Of a stretch of 64,000 nt of DNA, positions 55,578 through 64,000 are shown one piece after another; within the stretch, counting starts at the first letter, position 1; each line of letters starts with the position of its first letter. The stretch covers positions 1 through 64,000 of the forward strand of contig CDMY01000360.1 of assembly GCA_001179505.1 (NCBI GenBank), read 5' to 3'. A model generated the notes under the pieces. The model was given only the letters and a program-made list of their open reading frames with translations. It had not been told where the DNA came from and ran no database searches. A program made the translations under genes and the position numbers. The stretch comes from Vitrella brassicaformis CCMP3155 (taxonomy: Eukaryota; Protista; Chromerida).

Positions 55578-57342
55578 CTACTGAATCCCCAGGGACTGAA
55601 ACCGCCCCTCCTTGTCGACGAACCCCAGCTGCCCCCAGTCGAACACACACCCCTCGTCGCCCGCCTCGTTGTTGAAGCCCTTGACCACACCACTAAGGCC
55701 AAATCTGCGCACCTCGTCCAGGCGCAGTTTGTGCACCACCTCTCGTAGGCCCACCCGACGGCCGTCCACGCCACCCAGCACGAAGCACTGCAGCTGGGGG
55801 ATGCGCACCTGCCGCCCGTCCTCGCGCTCGATGACGCCACCACAGACCTCTCGGTTGCCGCTCGTCCGTGTGGCGGCCGACGTTACAAAATGGCGCATCA
55901 CGCCAAGCAGACGGCGGCCCTTCGGCGTGTCGTCCTTCATGACGAAGACGGCATTGATGGTCTCGGGTTCGTGCAGGAAGGCCCCGATGTGCCATGCAAT
56001 GGCCGCCGACTCCTGTGGCCCAAATGAGAGGGGGGAGGGGGAGGGCGGATGGGGGAGGGAGGGGGCTTCGTCGTTGTGCTCCACCAGGGGCAGGATGCGG
56101 GCCATGAGGATGGCGGCGTCACGCTGGGGAGCGAGGGCCTTGTTGACGCGGTCCATCACCACGAAGGGCAGCTCGTTCAGCACCACCACATACTCCTTCT
56201 TGGCAAGAGCACGGCGCTCTCTGTCTTCCTGAGTTGCATTGGGCATGTTGGCGATGGATGCGCCGCGAATCAGCAGCCGGCGGATGATGTTCTTCCGCCG
56301 GTGGATGAGGACCTTCTTGAAGACGATGTTGTCGTAGTCGTGCTCCGAATCGCCGGCCAAGTACAAGGCCGCGAGACTGAGGGGGGTGAAGTTGGTCACT
56401 GGGGAGGGCCTGTCGACCTCGGCCACAGCGAGGGTCTCGCACAAGACGAACACCATAAGGGAGGCAGCGGAGACCGCCACGTCGAGAGGTGACTTGCCCT
56501 CTGCGTTGGCTGCGGTAAGGTCAGTGCCGCAGCTACTGAGCAGGTCGAGGAGGGCGTGGGTAAATCCGTCCAGCGGCAGGGGATTGATCATCGACAGTCG
56601 ATGGGCTGGGTTGCACTGCTCCTGGTCCACCTCAGTGGCCAGCTCAGGGTGAGCCTCGAGCAGCTCCTGGTGGACAGCCAGCACGTGGACCAGGTAATCG
56701 TGGTCCAGCCGCTTCTCGAGCACGCCCGTTCTTCGCGGCATGAAGGCCAGCCAATCCCCATCGACCGCCACATCGGACCTCAGCAGCTCAATCACCGCCT
56801 CAAGGTTGGCCGACCACATGCCCACCTTCATTGGGCTGTACTGCACACGGTTGCTGCTGCCGTTGCGCCCACTCCGATACGCCGATGGGGCCCCCAGCAA
56901 TGAGCGCCTCCAGCACGTCCATCTGTATCTGTCGCGTCGGCCATGTGGGCAGCATCATCAGCCGCTCCTCACGCGGATGCTCCTGGCCGTCGGGCTTTGG
57001 GTCGACCACCCACATGAACGGCACTGCGCCGTGCGGATCGTCGATGGCGAGGGCAAGGATGCTCACCACACTGATGCGCGCCACCTCTGACGCCGCCACG
57101 CCCTTGGGGAGTATGCGGATGACCAGGTTCGGGTCGGCGCCCTCTTTGCGGATGAGTCGACGGATGCCCTTGCGGCCGATTGTGCGGCGCATGAGTCGGA
57201 TGGTGAGCTGCTTGGACGCCTCGGTGGTGTTGGGCGGGAACCAGATATCGATGCCGTCCAGCTGCACCTGCCGCTCAGAGGAAGCAGCGGCTGCACCACC
57301 ACCACCACCACCTGCTGCAGGGGCACTTGAGCCGTCCGTCAT
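55578..57342 (-). pseudogene. Intronless ankyrin-repeat family gene split by a 1-nt frameshift at ~56893 (pseudogene or sequence error)
   Basis: Two consecutive ORFs (56800..57348 and 55578..56900) with EGADPNL, GTDLTAANAEGKSPLDVAVSAA, TPLSLAA, IIRRLLIRGASI. C-terminus LREVVHKLRLDEVRRFGLSGVVKGFN..CVFDWGQLG resembles, from memory, an expanded Vitrella family. Confidence 0.65.
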
Positions 57343-57917
57343 GACCACATCGCCTCCGCCCTACCACACAGAGAGGAACACAGGCACATAGCATATTCGT
57401 CCGAGCATCTGATGCGATTACTGCTTGTGCGCCGCTGTGATGGCGTGCGCGTACTTGAGGCGGTTGCGGGGATGCGGCGTCGCTGTCCATCTCCCCACAG
57501 CCACCACACACTCAGAGAACAGCACCTGAGCTCCGGAAAGCGCAGAAGGATGAGGCGGCATGCACATCATATTAACTCCACTGATGCCTTCTCAATGTGC
57601 CCTTCTCACCTGGAAACGATGAGTACTCGTCGAGGGCTCACCCCGTCGGACGGTGCACTACAAAGAAGAGGGTGAGTCGCCTGGAGATCTACTACACACA
57701 GAGCTCCACCTCGATGAGCCGATATCCAGCAGGGCCTCTCTCGTCCGATTTGATGAGATGCGGGAACCCGCTCGACGAGCAGTTTCACGGAAAGTGCTAG
57801 GACGCTCGAAACGAAGCGTGCCAGTGGCTTTGGACCTCTGGACTTCCTCCCCCCGGCAGGTTGTCTTTCCGCCGTACTTCGCTGGCCACCGATTTTGATC
57901 TGACATCTGCTGCCAAG

Positions 57918-59707
57918 ATGCGCAGCGGCACAATTCAGAGAACTGATGCTGCTGCAGCTCCTGCTCCTGCTGCGGCTGGCGATGATCAGGCCTGCCACAC
58001 ATCTTGCTGCCCGACCCCTTCCTCATCTCACTCTTGCCCCCCCTCTCCACCTCCACTTCCCGCCCGCCCCCTCTGCGTCACCCGCAAGTGCAGGCTCCCA
58101 CTGCCCTCCTCATCTCTATTGCTCATCATGCTGTACAGCACGGCGTCAGCTGCTGCCAGGGTGACAGAGACACACACAGCCTTTCAGCCAGGCGGACTTC
58201 TCCGCAGCCGACTGGCCATCAGACCTTCACGAGCACATCGCGCCGAGACCAGGATGGCGGACGAACGGCGCGACGGCCAACCTCTGTCAGCGGGTGTGTC
58301 TATCGGTGCCGCCCTTGCTGCCGCACTGCTGCCCTTCACCCCCCTCCCTGAGAGCCTGGCGGCCGCGAGCCCCCCTCCGGCCATCGCGAGCGACGCCGGC
58401 AGCTCCAAGAGCACGGAGATCCGCGGCCCTCTAGAGGAGCTGCTCCTGGGCACACTCCAGGCGCAGGCCGATGTGGGGCCGTCAGAACTCATCACACCCA
58501 TCACACGCGACTACGCTGCCCCGGCGGACCTGCAGCCCAGACGGCGGCTGCCAGTGGAGCAGAAGTATGTGGAGCAGACCCAGCAGCCGGTGGACACCAC
58601 CAAGCCTTCACGGACGGTGGAGCTGCTGGGCGGGCCGGGGGCGTCGCCCGGGCGGCTGAGCGAGTTTCAGCGGCAGTACAGCCTCTTCAAGGCGGGGCTG
58701 GAGGAAACGGCCAAATTCGATTTCAAGGAGGCCGAAGGTGAGCGGGAGGAGAGGGGTGTACAGGTGGCGAGGTGTGTGTTCATCTCCGCGTGTGTGTGTG
58801 CGTACAGGCATCTTCACCGAGATCATAGATTCGTATGAGACGCCCAAGGCCAAGGAGAGTGAGAGGGCCCGCTTCATGCTGGCCAGGGCGTATACGGACA
58901 GGGGCAACACACGGGTCTCACTCGGCGAGCTCAACAAAGCCCTTGTCGACTACTCATGCGCAAGTGAGACACAAACACAAAGTCACAGCGAGCAGCCAGG
59001 ACGATGCCGGCTGACCGTACTCTCTCTGTGTCATCAGTCGAGTACGCACCAGACGAGGCCGATTTCTGGCTGAATCGCGCGATAGCGTGTGAGCAGAAGG
59101 CCGAGCAGTCCCTCACCTCCTCACTCCAATTCGCCAACCAGGTACCTTAGTGTTCCTTGCTTGCAGCAAGGGGGTGTGGAGTGTGCTGTGTGCGTGTCCA
59201 CAGTGGTACAAGGAGGCCCTCGAGGACTACGAACACGCCCTCGTCCTCAAGCCCAGCGACCCGCGGCTCTACGCCAACACCGGCGAGATCCTGACCCTCC
59301 TTGAAGACTTTGACGCCGCTCTCGAGAAGTTCCGCCAGGCGTCGGCACTGGCGCCCTCCAATGTGGCGTACAAGGCGCGCATCGCTCTGCTCGACGCGCA
59401 GCTAGGCGACGTCCGACGATCGCACTTCATCATCAACGACATCGTGCGGCGCAGTCCCGACTACTGGGAGATGGTTTTGGCCAAGTCGATGCTGGACTGG
59501 AACGTCGGTCGGTTCGCCGAGGGTGCGTACCTGTACGACATATCTGTGCAGGAGAACCCGCTGCTGCTCGACGACCGGCACCTGGTGCGGGACCTCCGGT
59601 GGCCGCCCTACTTCGTGGAGGGGCTGAGGAACCTGCGCATGGCCGGGGAGAAGAACCGGGCCCTGGAGAAGGTGCTCTTCTTCGAGACGCCGCAGGAATT
59701 CTACTAG
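57918..59707 (+). CDS. TPR protein, probably plastid/thylakoid-targeted, multi-exon
   Basis: LARAYTDRGNTRVSLGELNKALVDY, FWLNRAIACEQ, EALEDYEHALVLKPSDPRLYANTGEIL, AALEKFRQASALAPSN; C-terminal LRWPP; leader with signal, AF motif and a second hydrophobic segment ending LAA. Confidence 0.8.
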
Positions 59708-61790
59708 AGCTCTAGAGGGGAATGTTGTGTTTTGTCTTGTTGAGGCAGAGAGGGGAGGGGGGAGGTAGGGAGGTGTCAATAGAGGTCAGATTGCGTCATC
59801 CATTGCGATTGCGATGACGTGTGTGAGTGTGAGGGTGTGACAATCAGTGAACACAATTGTGGGCTATTGCTTTTGTGTTCTGTTGTGTTGTGTTACGGTG
59901 TGGATGGATGGGGGGGTGCATGGGTGTTGGGGCAATTTTGACTAGCTGGCTGATCGTTCCTTGGTTATGGCGGCCTGTCTGTCTGCCTGTCTGTCTGTCT
60001 GTGTGGTTAGCTGGGCGACTCACCCACTCACTCACTGGCTGGCTGTCGTGTGCCTGCTGTAGATAGCGTAGCGAGGATTGACGGACCGATTCACCACCTG
60101 GCTGGATCCAACTTACCTGAGACAGACTCGTTTTGTGCATACCCACCTACTCACTCGATGGCCCGTCTCTCTCCCTCTCGCTCTTCCTCTCCCCTTCTCA
60201 CTCACTGCGCAGTCGATCGCCTCACGTGTTATGTTGGTTGCGTGTGTGTGTTTCATTCCTTCCTTGGCTTTTGCCGTCCACCCAGCTAGCCAGCTAGCTA
60301 GCTACCTATTGCTGCCTGCCTTCCCGCCTTCCTTGCTCTGTATCTGTAGCATAGCACATCATCTCATCAACAAGAAAGACATGCATGGTTTCCTTCTGTC
60401 TTTCCGTGCGTCTTTCTGGTACATCGATGTCGAATTGCCTGTCGGTCGGTCGGTCGGCTGGTCATCAATGAGAGGGCAGATGAGGAGAGAGAGAGAGAGA
60501 GAGAGAGAGGAACGCAGTGAGTGTGCTGTGCGCCCTGTTTTTTTGGCGAGCACGAGATGGATTGAGAGAGCCCTCAGACAGGAGAGAGCGAGTGTGGTGA
60601 GCGGTGAGTGCCTGCCGACTTTCTTGTTTCCTTTCGCTCCTGAGGGTGAGGGTCAGCCAGTGAGTGCATCGCGCCTGAAGCGTCTCATGAGGTTTCTGCC
60701 CGCTGGTGCAACGCCACGCCACGCCTCTCCGTCTAAGTGGCGTGATAGCTGTGGGGTTGCACCGGGCGGTCGGGAAACCCCAGAGATGCGACGGCAGCGA
60801 GAAATGCATGTGCGCTTGCCTCTGGATGGGATGGATAGCTGGCTGTGCGGTCGGTCGTGTTGTGTCAAGAGAGTGTCTCTGGTGGGATGTACATCGCTGC
60901 CGGCGCGTTCTCCGTTCATCTCTCGTTTCTGGGCGGAGGGCAACTGCGTGCTCTGCAGCGAGGGGCAGCTGCATGCTCCGCAGCTGACCTTCCCTCACGC
61001 AGCTGAGCTTCCCTGAGGAATTGGGGGCGAGCGTCAAAAGCGGGAGGCGATCGAGTATTGCCGTGTGGTTTGTGTGATGAGCGAGGTTGGTATGGTTGAG
61101 TGGTAGAGTGGGGGGCAGATCAACTCATCCAAAAGGAGAGTGAGAGCGGCGAGAGCACCGTCCCGTCCCGTCCCCGAGCCACGTGTGCTTGTCGGTGTGT
61201 GGTCATGAGAGGATGGGATGGATGGATGGATCTCTTGGCTGCGTGACCTCGTGTGGCTTGCGTGTGCCATGTCATGTCATGTGTGTGACGGAAAGCCAGG
61301 GCGAGTCGAGTGCAAGGTTGACACATTCGAGTGTGGTGTGGAGTGTGGACACGCAAGAAGTTAATTACGCATCCCTGAACCAGTCAGTCATGTGTCAGGC
61401 GCATCACACACATGGCGAGAGAGAAACGAGCGCTTATGCACACACTCACTCACACGCGCACACATACACACCGGTTATGTCCCCCGCCGAACACTGCCTC
61501 TCATAAACTATCATATACTACGTCCGTTTGTCAGGTCTGCAGTCTTTCAGGCAAAATCCTGCCATGTTCCCTTCCCTGCTGCCACACAGGCCGTTCTGTC
61601 TGTCTGGCAAGGGAGGGCGTGGCACACTCGACCGATGAACAGACATGATCAATAAAGGCACACAATGCAGACAGACACATTGAGGTACACAGACAACACA
61701 CTACACTACACCCTCTCCGACAAGTGATACACTCCTCCCTCCCTCCCTCCCTGCCCCTCTCTCTGCCAGCTCATTTTGTGTTGCAACCAC

Positions 61791-63003
61791 TCATAGGTTG
61801 GCTTGGCTGCTTTCCCGTGCGGCAGCGCTGTAGTTCTCGTAGTACTTCTTGATGTCATGCAGGTCACGGTAGCACCGGTTGTACTCCCGCTCGTGGGGCG
61901 ATAGGGTAAACAGGAAATTGCCCACCGACTTCCAAAACGACGTCTCACCCTGTCAGTCAGTCATATAAATATATAACCACACAGACACACAGACACACAG
62001 ACAGGTTGGCAAATCCATCTGGTGTGTGTTTGTTTGGCTGACGTGACGGACATACCACGTCATCTTGCTGCGCCATGTCGAGTCTGTGCTCGTGGTCCAT
62101 GTCGACCAGCCGCCCCTCGCCCACCACCAGACACTTGCAGAAGGGCAGATCCGCAAACCCGTCACGCAGAGCAGGCGATAGACACACCGGGTCATAGTCA
62201 TAATGTGACGACGGTGACGATTCCGCCCCCCCCTCTCCCTCTCCCTCTCTCTCCCTCTCCCTCTCTCTGCCGGCCCTCCTGCGTCTGCACAGGACGATAT
62301 TCTGGCTCTCGGGCTCGCACACCTCCTTCAGCCTGCTGCTGAATGCGGCGTCGCCCATTCGTGAAGTGCCGAATGTGACGAGAGTGAGGGGGTAGGTGTT
62401 CCTCTCTGCCAGGAGCATGGCCATGATGGTGGCGATCCCCCCGCCCATCGAGAAGCCGCACAGGACCACCCGCTGCAGCGATGGGCGGTGCGTGTCGAAT
62501 GGCTTGAGGAAGGCCGGGTGGGCGAGGAATGCCTCTGCCTTGCTGAGGTGGAAGGCGGAGCACCCCTTGGAGGGGTGGAGGGTCATTTGGCACACTATGT
62601 CCAGCCCGAGAGAGAGGTACTCGAAGGGGTTGCGGGGGTTGAACCACGAGAAGGCGTAGAACAGCGTGCTGCTCGCCGAGTGGTGGAAAATGTCCCCCCG
62701 GATGTTCTGCAGTGATGAAGGAGTGACCACAGACACAAAACAGACACAAAATAGACACAAAACAGACGAGAGCCAGCCATGAGCTCCTTCCTGGTCTGGG
62801 GATCTCTGTGTGTTTCCCTGACTGACAGTGTGTGTGAAGGTCGGATCTTTGTACAAACCTACCTGTCCCAGGTCGACGCGCCCTTCGTGTGTGAGTGCGT
62901 GCGTGGCATTGCGGATGAAGATGGCGAGGGTCTTGGGCACCCTTGCCTTCTCTGTGTAGGTGATCAGCCGACACGCAAGCAGCGCCTCTATCGAACTGTC
63001 CAT
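61791..63003 (-). CDS. Class 3 lipase-like alpha/beta hydrolase, multi-exon
   Basis: VVLCGFSMGGGIATIMA (GxSxG), LVTFGTSRMGDAAFS, YDPVCLSP; last exon ends ..YYENYSAAARESSQANL*. Start uncertain. Confidence 0.82.
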
Positions 63004-63095
63004 TCTTCCTGGCAGCACCTGCCCTCCTTCTGCGCCCACAGGGAGGAGAGATCAAAGAGCGGCGGTCTCCACGAGCTCGCAAGAAGCGCTCGTCG

Positions 63096-64000
63096 ATGGC
63101 CGAAGATGGCAAGCGAGAAACGAAGCACGAGGACGCCAACGATGTGCCGATGCAGCACAGCAACACAGCTGACCTCATCCACCTCTTCCCCTCCCTCACA
63201 CTCCCACAGACCATGGCTGGGCAACAAGGAGCACCCACCCACAGCGCACAGCAGCAGCAGCAGCGTCAGAGCCAGTCGCCCCAGATCACGGTCTTGCGCT
63301 CACCACAGAGGGAGAAGACGCCAAGAAAAGACAGGTCTGTCTGCATGGCTCACACACAGATGGATTGATAATCAATGTGCCTCCGTGATGACAAACGGTG
63401 TGTGTGTTTATGTGTGTGTGTCAGTCCTGATTTCAGCGCCGTGCCCTCTCTCGGCGAGCGGTTTTCTGCGCTACCCGTCGGCCCATCCATGGGCTCACTG
63501 CCGCAGGCGTCGCTTGGCCTCTCACCGACGGTGTCTGCTTCACAGGTACACAGCACACACAGATGGATCCCCATCCATCCATCCATGTGTCCATCCATGT
63601 GTCCATCCATGTGTCCATCCATGTGTCCATGTGTCAATGGCCTGCAGCCGCCGCAAACGACCTCCCCGCCCACATCGCCGCCCCTCTCCTCGCCAGAACA
63701 CGCAGAGGTATGTATGCGGTGTGGCGACACCTCCCCATGCGTCAGTCATGTGATGCCTGGCTCTGTCTGTCCGCCTGTCTGTCTGTTAGGTGCCCCCCAT
63801 TGACCTGGCTGCCGCCGTCGCATTCCTCACCTCCATCGAGGCGTGCCCGCCACACATGGAGGGCGACCTCCATACCCTCGGGGAAGAGTCCCCACTCATC
63901 AAACCCGCCACAGCTGCAGCAAAGGACAGCAACGGCGGCCCCACTGCCCCAGCCACACCCCCGCCAGCCGTCCTCCAACCACCAAAGTCGCCATCGGCGG
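63096..64000 (+). CDS. 5' part of an unknown P/S/Q-rich protein (runs off the window edge)
   Basis: [18 protein letters not shown].. followed by GT-AG-bounded exons ([11 protein letters not shown].., [17 protein letters not shown]..); head-to-head with the lipase. Confidence 0.5.

Noticed and set aside
60078-61037. 312-aa plus-strand and 190-aa minus-strand ORFs, and a GC-rich stretch considered as an RNase P/MRP RNA
   Set aside because: ORFs run through microsatellites with no protein-like signal; conserved RNase P/MRP boxes not convincingly present.
63583-63632. ccatgtgtccat tandem repeat
   Set aside because: Intronic compound microsatellite like the others; no spacers or terminal structure.

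Overview
Eukaryotic nuclear DNA with about 25 intron-containing protein genes on both strands. The short GT-AG introns are full of (AC)n/(GT)n/(GACA)n/(GGAT)n microsatellites. A CPW-WPC protein, bipartite signal+transit leaders on plastid-type proteins, an axonemal dynein light-chain domain and an intronless ankyrin-family gene point to a photosynthetic alveolate of the chromerid type, most like Vitrella brassicaformis (inference, not a database hit). Recognisable genes: tandem alpha/beta-hydrolase-like protein, DDI1, FHA protein, AXDND1-like, BTB-like, CPW-WPC, GDPD, SLX1 (two copies), RluA/RluD pseudouridine synthase, rhomboid, SAM-domain protein, atypical thioredoxin, large modular GH9 glucanase, WD40 protein, SHPRH, divergent kinase, ankyrin-family gene, TPR protein, class 3 lipase. 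I found no rRNA, tRNA, CRISPR array or transposon. Most notable: (i) three local duplications (nested inverted repeats, one pair bracketing the GDPD gene and able in principle to swap CPW-WPC C-termini, plus a RING-less SLX1 paralog head-to-head with SHPRH); (ii) a GH9 with three unnamed N-terminal repeat modules; (iii) complementary AC/GT repeats at intron ends. Exon boundaries were read by eye, so gene spans are approximate. No clearly new multi-gene system is demonstrated.
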